Part shown: piece after piece, positions 18,742 to 27,652 of the stretch
Layout of the letters: the number at the start of each line of letters is the position of its first letter
Numbering within the stretch: the stretch's first letter is position 1
Source of the DNA: an uncultured Bacteroidota bacterium
GTDB lineage: Bacteria; Bacteroidota; Bacteroidia; UBA4408
Assembly (NCBI GenBank): GCA_903831265.1
Contig: CAIKXD010000068.1
Span: forward strand, 5,198-69,197
DNA: 64,000 bases
Direction: 5' to 3'
Translations under genes and position numbers: made by a program
Notes under the pieces: model-generated
What the model was told of the DNA's origin: nothing
Seen by the model: the letters and a program-made list of their open reading frames with translations, nothing else
The model's database searches: none

Positions 18742-19980
18742 TTAAGACAAGAAGTGATAGATAAAATAAATTTCAATTGATGTTTTCAATTGAAATTTAT
18801 TTTTTGCCGAACTAATACTCTTGAAGCTCTTTATCAATAATTTATAAGACTTCTTAAACTCACCGGCCTTTCCAATTGGATTGATCAACAAAAAAAATAA
18901 AATTGGTATTAACCCTAATGTAATCACTTTTAAACCTAAATAGTCCTTGGAAAAAACACCAAGCTCAAGACCCAAATACAGAGTTGAAAAACCAGTTAAA
19001 AAACCAATTACTATTGAGATAAATGCTGATGTCATGATTTGGAATTCAGATATTTTTTGAATTGCAGATATCTGTTGCTCAATCAAACTGAATTCATGTG
19101 ATGAATTTTGAATACCTAGTTTTTTGGTGAGGTAAATAAACTGAGTGCCTTCTGGCTCATTAAATATGTTTTTAATACTTTTAATATATTTTATATCAAT
19201 CAGACTTGTATTTTTTAATCCCTCGTTATAAAACAATAGGTTTTCAATTACTTGTTTGTAAATTAAATTTAATAACTGATTGTAGTTGTGAATGGCTTGA
19301 TCTGCCTCTTCCTTTATCCTTGGATCAACATTATTTGTTAGTGAATTCAGCCTCTTGGCGAAATTCATGGAAAATAGGATATTAACAATGGCAACACCAA
19401 ATACTCCCTTGGATGTTTCTTCTAGAATTTCAGAATTTTGCATAAAATTGGTACTTGCAATTGCACCGGCAACCACACCTCCATATCCTAAAATTTTTCC
19501 GGCATCCGACTTGCTATTGAATCCGGATAATGCTCCAACAAGAATGCCTAAATTAGACCATCCAGCTTTTGTTTTTTCAGCAAGTGCCTGTTTTCTGAGT
19601 TGTTTTGCAGTCTCAATGCGCATTTGAGCAAGTTCAACTGTTCTGTTAAGCATGGTTGTAATAAAAGCAATTTCAATTAAATTATATTCATCAACCGTTA
19701 GGGTTGACTTTTTCGTAAATTCCTCAAAAGACATTATTGAAGACTTTAACAGATGCAATTTATCATCGTAATCAAAGAGATAAGACTGTGATATTGCTTT
19801 GAATGCCCAACCTGCCGAATTATTAAAATCCTTTTTTATTAGTTCTTCACTCAAATCTATCGATTTGCTGAAATTGCCCGATGTGAGCTCAGTTGCACAG
19901 AGTTCCGTAGTGGATCGGTTATCTTTATTTGTATGATTAATTAAAATGTCCTTTAGTAGTCTGTAAGTATTTGTGCTCAT
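18742..19980 (-). CDS. hypothetical membrane protein (Gly-rich central segment, C-terminal TM helices)
   Basis: 412 aa. No recognisable family. 'GILVGALSGF...GYGGVVAGAIAS' glycine-zipper-like segment. Three C-terminal hydrophobic helices. A 17-bp perfect hairpin with a T-run (18763-18803) overlaps the last codons. Confidence 0.4.
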   Translation of the reverse strand: MSTNTYRLLKDILINHTNKDNRSTTELCATELTSGNFSKSIDLSEELIKKDFNNSAGWAFKAISQSYLFDYDDKLHLLKSSIMSFEEFTKKSTLTVDEYNLIEIAFITTMLNRTVELAQMRIETAKQLRKQALAEKTKAGWSNLGILVGALSGFNSKSDAGKILGYGGVVAGAIASTNFMQNSEILEETSKGVFGVAIVNILFSMNFAKRLNSLTNNVDPRIKEEADQAIHNYNQLLNLIYKQVIENLLFYNEGLKNTSLIDIKYIKSIKNIFNEPEGTQFIYLTKKLGIQNSSHEFSLIEQQISAIQKISEFQIMTSAFISIVIGFLTGFSTLYLGLELGVFSKDYLGLKVITLGLIPILFFLLINPIGKAGEFKKSYKLLIKSFKSISSAKNKFQLKTSIEIYFIYHFLS

Positions 19981-20049
19981 TTGAAATTTGTGAATATTAT
20001 ACCGCTGTTTTAGATTGTTTTAGGTCCTGTATATTGCCAAGCGAAGATA

Positions 20050-20634
20050 TTATTTATAATTTTTGTGTATGAAAGGTGTGTCGTAAATAACGCACAACAT
20101 GTCACAATCGCGAGTTACTTCGTTCCCAATTTCACAATCACATGACTTTCTCATGTATCCCGCGATACCCCGAGCAAATGAATGTTCGTTGAAATAAAAG
20201 ATAGGATTTTCTCTCCAACTACCATCACTGTCCTGAGTACTATCCTCCATAACCACAATCATTGGTTTAGCAAAGACTTCTTCGTAGTGTGTTTTATAAT
20301 CATTCTCATACGAGCCTTCCTGTTTTTTTTTAATTTTTTTCTTTGTGATGTAATAGTTCCTTACATCTCCTTTCTTTTTGGCTTGCTCATGGGTATGATC
20401 ATCTGTAAAATTTTGTCCCATATAATGCTCGCCTTTTAAAAGTGTAAAAGTACCATCTTCATAAAATTTAAAATTCTCTGTTAGTCGGTCTCCGCGCTGT
20501 CCACCATTTGCACTGCCTTCCCATTCGCCTTGTATGAGTATTTCAATAGGATTATCTGCAAATTTAGTTTCACCTTTACAACCCGTCAATAAAGTGAATG
20601 AGACGAGCACAAGTATTTTTTGAAAATAGCTCAT
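20050..20634 (-). CDS. hypothetical lipoprotein (Cys-rich C-terminus)
   Basis: Lipobox 'LLTGC' after a signal peptide when started at the Met at 20634. C-terminal 'CDCEIGNEVTRDCDMLC' cluster. The longest ORF extends to 20700. Confidence 0.45.
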   Translation of the reverse strand: MSYFQKILVLVSFTLLTGCKGETKFADNPIEILIQGEWEGSANGGQRGDRLTENFKFYEDGTFTLLKGEHYMGQNFTDDHTHEQAKKKGDVRNYYITKKKIKKKQEGSYENDYKTHYEEVFAKPMIVVMEDSTQDSDGSWRENPIFYFNEHSFARGIAGYMRKSCDCEIGNEVTRDCDMLCVIYDTPFIHKNYK

Positions 20635-20770
20635 ATCATTCCTAAAGTTGATATTTTTAATGGTTGCGATAAAGCTGCGGTTTGGAATAGTTTTTATCAT
20701 ATTAGAAAAATTGATTGGGGTTAAATATTTAACTAATTCGTGTATTGGTTTTTATATTTGGTAAGATTTT

Positions 20771-21139
20771 TTATTTCTGACAAATTTGAGTGGTAAAATC
20801 ACCATCATTTTCATCGCCGTAGGCAGTAATTGACCCATCCTTTGTGCCGCCATCCCAAATAACTTGCATCAAACTTCTTCTACCTGCAATCACATCAATT
20901 GGAAAATACATATCATGATTTAACTTTTCACGTAAATCAATAATACGCCAAACTCTTTTACTCCACATAACATCAGCTTCTCTCAAATAAGTGTATGGAA
21001 TTACCCTACGCTCAATGGTATGTTCTTTCACATAAACACCATCTAAAATATTAGACTAGGCATTTACATTTGAAGATACAACTGCTAAATTTAAACTAAC
21101 TATAGCAGTTAAAATAGTTTTATTGAACAAGGCTTTCAT
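20771..21139 (-). pseudogene. GldN-like N-terminal fragment interrupted by an in-frame TAG
   Basis: ATG at 21139 encodes a 27-aa signal peptide 'MKALFNKTILTAIVSLNLAVVSSNVNA'. An amber codon (21056-21058) follows. The same frame then continues as '...IPYTYLREADVMWSKRVWRIIDLREKLNHDMYFPID', which resembles the conserved N-terminal block of GldN/PorN. Total length ~123 codons against ~300 for GldN. Confidence 0.4.
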
Positions 21140-21160
21140 ATCAAGTAGTTTTGATTTGTA

Positions 21161-22393
21161 TTAACCGTTAACTTTTAGTGTAAGTGTAGGTAAAGTTCTA
21201 ACTGTACCGTTAGGCATTCTCACTTTAATGTCTTCAAAAATTACCCTTCCGTTGTTTTTAACCTTTTGAAGCAAAGTAGTTATTTCTCCAGTAAAATTAT
21301 TGCCAGTGGCAGAAGCTGTTTTAAATTCGCCACCAACGTTTAATGCAACTGTGTAAGAAGCAACAGTAACTCTTAAATCAAAATCAAAGTCCTTCATTAC
21401 TGCTGCAACACCACCAGATGCCAATAGCAAGGCTTTAGTAATTACACCTGATTCTTTACCCCCAACTTTAGCAATTGGATCTGGCAATGGTCTCACACGA
21501 AATTGATAGTTATTTTCTATTTTTTTTAATTCTTGTCCTTGCCTTACAGTCAGGGAGATTGAAAAATCAGTCATATTCTCGGGCGTAACATCATACATAT
21601 CTTTATTGTAACACCTAGATATTTTTCCTCCAGTTACATAAGGAATAAGCTGTTCTGACTTGTAGCCCGGGACTGATATTTTTATAGGATTTGGAATGCC
21701 AAAATATAAAACATTGTTTCGCTCAGTGGCGATTAGTATATCAGGTTTAAATGTGAAAGAACTGATTTTCTTCCAGGATTTACTGCCTTTTGTGGTATAT
21801 AGCCCATCCCTCTTTAAGATTTGTTCTCCAATTTGATCAACAAAACCAGGAACTGAAATGGATATTTTATTTTCCTGCATCATCCATTTCCCTGGTATAT
21901 GTACGATAGTTGAATTAATGGATGTAACGAGCACCAAGTCACCATTACCAAAGAATCTCAACTGATAGTTTACTATCAAATTATCATAGATTCCAGGTAA
22001 ATCCTCCTCGCTCATAGGTTTCAGATTAATCAAGTTATCAATTTTATTTTCTAAATCTTCAGTAATTGCATTTAGATTCAATGATTGATTCCTTGCCTCT
22101 TCCGGGGAGCTCTCCGTATAAGAATGATAATCATTTAAAAGATTTTTTAAGTGTATTATCAAGGTAGTGTACGGATCGATTCCAGTTGGTTTTTTTGTAG
22201 TAATTTCCTTGTATTGAACTTCTAATGTTGTATACCTATTTTCTAATTTTTTAAGCTGTAAATTTGTTTTATCATTCACGCTGTTACATCCGATTGCCAA
22301 GAAGATAAGACAAAATATTAAGCTACTTTTGATTAATGTGCTAATTAAGGGTGTTTTAAATTTAAATTTCTTTGACATAAATTTCTTTTTCAT
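21161..22393 (-). CDS. GldM/PorM-like protein, lipoprotein variant (C-terminal GldM domains)
   Basis: The 'NVLYFGIPNPIKISVPG', 'FRVRPLPDPIAKV' and 'IKVRMPNGTVRTLPTLTLKV' blocks resemble the repeated Ig-like C-terminal domains of GldM. The N-terminus is a lipoprotein-type signal ('FLAIGC') rather than the GldM TM anchor. 410 aa against ~510. Confidence 0.45.
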   Translation of the reverse strand: MKKKFMSKKFKFKTPLISTLIKSSLIFCLIFLAIGCNSVNDKTNLQLKKLENRYTTLEVQYKEITTKKPTGIDPYTTLIIHLKNLLNDYHSYTESSPEEARNQSLNLNAITEDLENKIDNLINLKPMSEEDLPGIYDNLIVNYQLRFFGNGDLVLVTSINSTIVHIPGKWMMQENKISISVPGFVDQIGEQILKRDGLYTTKGSKSWKKISSFTFKPDILIATERNNVLYFGIPNPIKISVPGYKSEQLIPYVTGGKISRCYNKDMYDVTPENMTDFSISLTVRQGQELKKIENNYQFRVRPLPDPIAKVGGKESGVITKALLLASGGVAAVMKDFDFDLRVTVASYTVALNVGGEFKTASATGNNFTGEITTLLQKVKNNGRVIFEDIKVRMPNGTVRTLPTLTLKVNG

Positions 22394-22935
22394 TTTATTT
22401 TGGCTGTTTTAATGATACTCTTAAGCTTGTCATTCATTTTTACCAGTTGGCCATAACGGTAATTTAATTTCAAATTGAATGTTTCATCATACAGGGTAAT
22501 ATTCTCAGGTTTGAACCGCACATTAACGATATTTGAAAAATTTTTCACCAAAGCTTCTGCTTCTTTAATTTGTTTCGGATTTAAACCTTGTTTCATTGTT
22601 GACCAAAGTCCCTTATCAAAATAATGTGTTTTTAATCCTGCCGCGGCAGCATCTAAGTGTTCGACTTTGGCTAAACGAGCTTTCAGTGTCCATTGTGTTT
22701 TACTTAAATCGTAGCTTAATAAGTATATATTTTGGAATTCGCCATAGGGTAAATCTTGAAACCCTTGTATAAATCCATACCTGTAAATGGCATCACTAAA
22801 AATTGGATTAAACAGCCATTCTTCCCAACCAAAACCATGCAACCCCTCGAATGTTTTCTTGTCCGTTGATTTACCTTGCGCTCCCGATGGCTTTTGATAA
22901 CCAAGTGTATTGTATGTAATTCTGGCGTAGTGCAT
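22390..22935 (-). CDS. hypothetical cytoplasmic protein, translationally coupled to the GldM-like gene
   Basis: 181 aa. Its stop TGA overlaps the downstream ATG (ATGA). No TM segment and no recognised family. Confidence 0.45.
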   Translation of the reverse strand: MHYARITYNTLGYQKPSGAQGKSTDKKTFEGLHGFGWEEWLFNPIFSDAIYRYGFIQGFQDLPYGEFQNIYLLSYDLSKTQWTLKARLAKVEHLDAAAAGLKTHYFDKGLWSTMKQGLNPKQIKEAEALVKNFSNIVNVRFKPENITLYDETFNLKLNYRYGQLVKMNDKLKSIIKTAKIK

Positions 22936-23094
22936 TTAAAAATGGATCCTATCAATAAAATAGATTAATTAAGTTTGAGCATATATAATTTCCGCAGGAC
23001 TTAGGTATTTGCTCATAAATTGTAACATATGAATAATTTTCCGATATTTTATCTTTAATAATGTTACAAAGCTAACTCTGAAGTTGTTGAATAA

Positions 23095-23125
23095 TTTGTA
23101 TTTTTGTTCTAAATTAGTACCTTTG
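23095..23125 (+). promoter_or_regulatory. candidate Bacteroidota promoter TTTG-N19-TACCTTTG upstream of the XRE gene
   Basis: TAnnTTTG box at 23118-23125, with a TTG 19 nt upstream. ATG at 23150. Confidence 0.45.
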
Positions 23126-23149
23126 AAATTGTATCATAGAACCTAAATA

Positions 23150-23542
23150 ATGGAAAAAAATTTTAAATCGGTCGCAGATCGCGTAAAAGAAATGAGGCTA
23201 AAAAAAAATTACTCTCAAGATTATATTGCGAAAAAATTAGGTATCAGCCAAAAGGCATACTCAAAAATTGAGAACAACGAAACTCGACTCAATGTAGAAG
23301 CATTACTCTCTATTTCTGAGATATTAGAAATTCCAGTTAATAATTTTTTTGGCGATTCTAAAGCGCCAATGCTTAACGACTTTAGTTCTGGCAGAGACGG
23401 TGATAATGTAATTTATAAGACGATAAATGACAATGCGAAAGAGGATTTATATCAGCAACTTCTAAAAGCTAAGGAAGAAATTATACAAGCTAAAAATAAT
23501 GAAATTGAAACTTTAAAAAAGCAAATAGAAAAAGCAGAATAA
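23150..23542 (+). CDS. XRE-family helix-turn-helix transcriptional regulator with C-terminal coiled coil
   Basis: 'YSQDYIAKKLGISQKAYSKIENNE' is a canonical Cro/C1 HTH. The C-terminal 40 aa are heptad-like. Confidence 0.8.
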   Translation: MEKNFKSVADRVKEMRLKKNYSQDYIAKKLGISQKAYSKIENNETRLNVEALLSISEILEIPVNNFFGDSKAPMLNDFSSGRDGDNVIYKTINDNAKEDLYQQLLKAKEEIIQAKNNEIETLKKQIEKAE

Positions 23543-23550
23543 GTAAGATT

Positions 23551-23578
23551 AGTAACACGTTTACGACTTTATTTTACT
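23551..23578. repeat. right copy of the 28-bp direct repeat (agtaAcacgtttacgacttTattttac)
   Basis: 26/28 identical to 18381-18408. Lies 9 nt after the XRE stop. Confidence 0.75.
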
Positions 23579-23596
23579 TTAAGATGTTTGTTATAT

Positions 23597-24079
23597 TTAT
23601 TTTAACACATATCTAACTGTAATTGCTCCATCAAACCACAACAAATTATCGGCTGTAAAATTTAACTCGGGCTTTGCATTAATACCAATATTTAGAGGTA
23701 TCTGTTTGAGCGTATATTCTAATCCCAAAATAGCATCTAAACCTATATTGATGTGTGTGCCTAAATCATTATAAAAAACATTTGCTCTGCCTGCGTTGAT
23801 GAATTTTGCATGCGCACCTGCACCATAATACCAATCAAGTTCATCTACATCAAATGGGTGTCGGTTATTAAACTCATAAAGCACAGTTAAGCCTGGCCCG
23901 TAGTTAAAATTAGCAATTCCTTCAATCATATTTTTAGCATTTAAATAATGCTTGAGTGTAATGCCATAATTATAGCCTGCATTTAAACCAATAGCAGTGC
24001 GATAAAGCTGAGATTGCGCTTCGGCAGCATTATTAATAAGGCAAGCAAATAATAAACAAATTAAGATTTTACTTTTCAT
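23597..24079 (-). CDS. small outer-membrane beta-barrel protein
   Basis: Signal peptide 'LLFACLINNAAEAQ'. Alternating hydrophobic beta-strand pattern with Gly/Asn/Tyr-rich turns. 160 aa. Confidence 0.5.
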   Translation of the reverse strand: MKSKILICLLFACLINNAAEAQSQLYRTAIGLNAGYNYGITLKHYLNAKNMIEGIANFNYGPGLTVLYEFNNRHPFDVDELDWYYGAGAHAKFINAGRANVFYNDLGTHINIGLDAILGLEYTLKQIPLNIGINAKPELNFTADNLLWFDGAITVRYVLK

Positions 24080-24082
24080 GTG

Positions 24083-25741
24083 CTAACAAGTATAGTTTGC
24101 AACAATTGGCATTCTTCGGCCCATACCAAAGGCCTTAGGTGAAACCCTAATAACGGGTGCCGCTTGTTTACGTTTGTATTCATTTTTGTTCACCAAATTG
24201 ATGATTCTTTTTACTAAACTTTGGTCATAACCAAGCGCACAAATTTCTTCAACAGATTGCTTGTTTTCGATGTATTGAAATAATACTTTATCTAAAATAT
24301 CATATTCGGGAAGCGAATCTGAATCTTTTTGATTTGGCCTGAGTTCGGCTGAAGGTGCTTTGGTAATGGTGTTTAAAGGTATAATTTCTTTGTCCTTATT
24401 GATATATTGGCACAACTGGTATACCTCGGTTTTGTAAACATCGCCAATAACAGCAAGACCGCCACACATATCGCCGTAAAGCGTACCATAGCCCACGGCC
24501 ATTTCACTTTTGTTACTTGTGTTAAGTAAAATATAACCAAATTTATTGCTCATCGCCATTAATAAAACTCCTCTTAATCTGGCTTGAATATTTTCTTCTG
24601 CCAAACCAAAGTTGGTTCCTTCAAAACTTGGTGCAAGCGTATTAAGCACCGACTGAAAATTATCTTCAATGGGCAATATTTGATGTTTACAGCCTAAATT
24701 ATTAACCAATGCAATTGCATCATTAATGCTGTGATTGCTACTAAAACCTGAGGGAAGTAGCACTGCCATCACATTGTCTTTCCCTAAAGCATCAGCGGCA
24801 AGCGCCAGCGTGAGCGCAGAGTCAATTCCTCCGCTTAATCCTAGTATAGCTTTTGTGAAATTTTGTTTTTCAAAATAATCGCGAATCCCGCAAATCAGCG
24901 CATTATAAATCAATTCATTTTTTGAAGGATTTATAGGCGCAGAGAAAGCATCAATACTATTGTCAAACAAATCAACAATTTTAAAGTCCTCTTTAAAGAA
25001 TGGAGCAGCCGCTATAACTTTTCCATTTTTGTTGATTAAAGTTGAACCGCCATCAAAAACCAACTCGGTTTGAGCGCCACAATGGTTTACATAAAGTAAT
25101 GGTAGATTGTATTTAACAGCATTTCTTTGAAGCACCTTGATTCTAGTTTGGTTTTGTATAAAGCTAAAAGGAGAGGCCGCAATGTTAATGATACAATCTG
25201 GATGTAGTTTCATTAACTCTTGCATAGGGCTAATGGTATACATTTTGGCATGATTTAAGGGTGTAAAAGTTTCATCTTGTTCATCCCATAAATCTTCGCA
25301 AATAGTTAGTGCTATTTTATGCCCTTTAAATTCAATAATTTCAAAAATATTGTTTGGTTCAAAATACCTGTACTCGTCAAATACATCATAATTAGGGAGC
25401 AATGTTTTTTTGATAATTTTTGCAACTCTTTTATTTTCTATAAAATAGGCGGCATTATAAAGTCTTTTGCCTGTTTCATTTTTATTGATTGCAGGAGCTC
25501 CAATAATTGCAGCAATGCCATCGCAATGAATGGCAATGAGCGCAATTGATTTAATACATTCTTCAATAAAATGATTTGATTCTAAAAAATCTAATGGTGG
25601 ATATCCGCAAAGTGATAATTCTGGAAAAACTATTAAATCGGCACTGCTCGATTTTGCTAGTTGTATTTGTTCAATTATTTTATTTGCATTGGCATCAAAA
25701 TTACCAATATGAAAGTTAAGTTGTGCCCAGGCAATTTTCAT
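24083..25741 (-). CDS. nadE: glutamine-dependent NAD+ synthetase
   Basis: N-terminal CN-hydrolase domain. C-terminal PP-loop 'LSGGIDSALTLALA'. 552 aa. Confidence 0.9.
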   Translation of the reverse strand: MKIAWAQLNFHIGNFDANANKIIEQIQLAKSSSADLIVFPELSLCGYPPLDFLESNHFIEECIKSIALIAIHCDGIAAIIGAPAINKNETGKRLYNAAYFIENKRVAKIIKKTLLPNYDVFDEYRYFEPNNIFEIIEFKGHKIALTICEDLWDEQDETFTPLNHAKMYTISPMQELMKLHPDCIINIAASPFSFIQNQTRIKVLQRNAVKYNLPLLYVNHCGAQTELVFDGGSTLINKNGKVIAAAPFFKEDFKIVDLFDNSIDAFSAPINPSKNELIYNALICGIRDYFEKQNFTKAILGLSGGIDSALTLALAADALGKDNVMAVLLPSGFSSNHSINDAIALVNNLGCKHQILPIEDNFQSVLNTLAPSFEGTNFGLAEENIQARLRGVLLMAMSNKFGYILLNTSNKSEMAVGYGTLYGDMCGGLAVIGDVYKTEVYQLCQYINKDKEIIPLNTITKAPSAELRPNQKDSDSLPEYDILDKVLFQYIENKQSVEEICALGYDQSLVKRIINLVNKNEYKRKQAAPVIRVSPKAFGMGRRMPIVANYTC

Positions 25742-25804
25742 TTCTTTAGATATATAAAAGCCTTGTTACTTTATAATAACAAGGCTTTTGGTAGCTTTAA
25801 ATTT

Positions 25805-26584
25805 CTAAAATAAAATTCCTATGTTTAATTGGAAGAAATTAGATTTAGCATTTTGCTGCAGGGCCTGACCGTTTTTTGCAAGCGATTTAATTGTTTCAGA
25901 CTCTTTCTTTAACACATTGGTAAAACCGTTTTGAAAGTTAAGACTGGCAAACAAGGCTGTTGTTCCAGCTATTCTGTATTCAGCGCCGGCACCAACATTT
26001 AAACCTGCTCTAAAGAAACTCATGTCTTTAGTAACAATTAAATCTGGTATCTCATAATCGTTAATCACAGTAACTATGGTATCCTCATAGGTTAAAAGTG
26101 TGCCAACATCATTGGCTTTGACTTTGCCACGTATAGATAGGTTAATGCCAAACATCCCAAAATAGGTATATCCTCCAACTTCAGGTGTTCTCATTTTTAG
26201 CAATAGCGGAATATCAACGTAGGTAATTTTATAACTTCTTTGAGCAATAAGAAATTTGTCGACGCTACCTTCAACAGGCACTGTGTATTCCGAAGGGTCG
26301 TAATAATTTGAATCGGCAGCGTTAGCAAAGTTTAGTCTACCTCCGGTATAATTTACTTCTAGGCCTGTAGAAAAACTTGCAACAGAGGTTAATTTAAACT
26401 CGGCAACTAAGCCATATGCAAATTTTAAAGCGGAGCCATCGCTTAATAATTTTTTCTTGTCATCGGGTTTCATCCAAGCAATAGATGGGGCCATTTTTAG
26501 TCCAAATCTAAATTTTTGATCTTGAGCAAATAATTTACCTAAGGTCATTGAAAAACATATAGTAATTAAGAAAAGCTTTTTCAT
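25805..26584 (-). CDS. outer-membrane beta-barrel protein (porin-like family)
   Basis: Signal peptide 'MKKLFLITICFSMTLGKLFAQ' followed by beta-strand periodicity. The longest ORF has a TTG start at 26611. Confidence 0.5.
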   Translation of the reverse strand: MKKLFLITICFSMTLGKLFAQDQKFRFGLKMAPSIAWMKPDDKKKLLSDGSALKFAYGLVAEFKLTSVASFSTGLEVNYTGGRLNFANAADSNYYDPSEYTVPVEGSVDKFLIAQRSYKITYVDIPLLLKMRTPEVGGYTYFGMFGINLSIRGKVKANDVGTLLTYEDTIVTVINDYEIPDLIVTKDMSFFRAGLNVGAGAEYRIAGTTALFASLNFQNGFTNVLKKESETIKSLAKNGQALQQNAKSNFFQLNIGILF

Positions 26585-26629
26585 ACTTTTGGGCGTTTTT
26601 ATGTAACACAATATTAAGTATAATTTTTA

Positions 26630-27649
26630 ATGAAATACAAGCTTAAAATTTATTTATTGTTAACAGTGCTTTGTTATGTTTCGTGCGATAACCCTACCCA
26701 ACATAAAGTGCCTGAAGAGATTATTGAACAAGCTTTTAAGATAAAAGTAAATAGGTTTGACCAAGACCTATTTGCCAATCAAAAAGATTCAATACAATTT
26801 AGTACAACAAATTTGGCACTTAAGTATCCCGATTTTTTTTACTTGTTTACTAAAAATATTCTCAACATTGGCGATTCATCAAATCCGCAAATGCCGGTCC
26901 TTTTAAAAGGTTTTTTAAAGGATCAGTATATCAATGAAATGTATAATGAGGTGCAAAAACAATATAGCGATGTGAACGCTTACAATTCGGATTTTACAAA
27001 CGCATTTAAGGGCTATCATTACTTTTTCCCGCAGGCTAAGATTCCGGCAATTACTTATTTTGTTTCGGGATACAATTTTGCCACAGTTACCACGCAAAAT
27101 ACCTTAGCTATTGGCTTAGAAATGTATTTGGGTAGCAATTATCAACCTTATTCATTATTAAAAATACCCGTTTACAAACAAAAATTAATGCGTAAAGAGT
27201 ATCTTGTTGTTGATGCTATGCAGGCCTGGATAACCACCGAATTTGAGAAGGAGGAAGATTACAACACACTTTTAAATCAAATGTTATACAAAGGCAAGGT
27301 GCTTTATATGCTCCAAAAAATATTACCTGAGACAATTGATTCGGTAATATTTGGTTATAGTGAGGAACAACTTAAATGGTGTCTGAGCAATGAATCTAAA
27401 ATTTGGTCGCATTTTATTGAGAAAAAACTACTATTTGCAGCCTTAAGAGGCGATAGTTTTAAGTATATTAATGAAGGCCCATTTACAGCTGGTTTTCCGC
27501 GAGAATCTCCAGGTAAAATAGGAGTGTGGTTAGGTTACCAAATTATTAAAAAGTATATTGAACAACAACCTAAAATTACTTTAAAGCAGCTTTTTGAAAA
27601 TCGTAATGCTCAACAAATTCTAATGCAATCAAAATATAAACCTAAATAA
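26630..27649 (+). CDS. gldB: gliding motility lipoprotein GldB
   Basis: 339-aa lipoprotein with lipobox 'YVSC'. Immediately followed by a small GldC-like gene; the gldB-gldC arrangement is as in Flavobacterium. Assignment rests on synteny and family recollection. Confidence 0.6.
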   Translation: MKYKLKIYLLLTVLCYVSCDNPTQHKVPEEIIEQAFKIKVNRFDQDLFANQKDSIQFSTTNLALKYPDFFYLFTKNILNIGDSSNPQMPVLLKGFLKDQYINEMYNEVQKQYSDVNAYNSDFTNAFKGYHYFFPQAKIPAITYFVSGYNFATVTTQNTLAIGLEMYLGSNYQPYSLLKIPVYKQKLMRKEYLVVDAMQAWITTEFEKEEDYNTLLNQMLYKGKVLYMLQKILPETIDSVIFGYSEEQLKWCLSNESKIWSHFIEKKLLFAALRGDSFKYINEGPFTAGFPRESPGKIGVWLGYQIIKKYIEQQPKITLKQLFENRNAQQILMQSKYKPK

Positions 27650-27652
27650 GCG

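Noticed and set aside
22716-22955. 79-aa ORF overlapping ORF181 on the same strand in another frame
   Set aside because: Fully nested in a longer ORF that is translationally coupled to the downstream gene.
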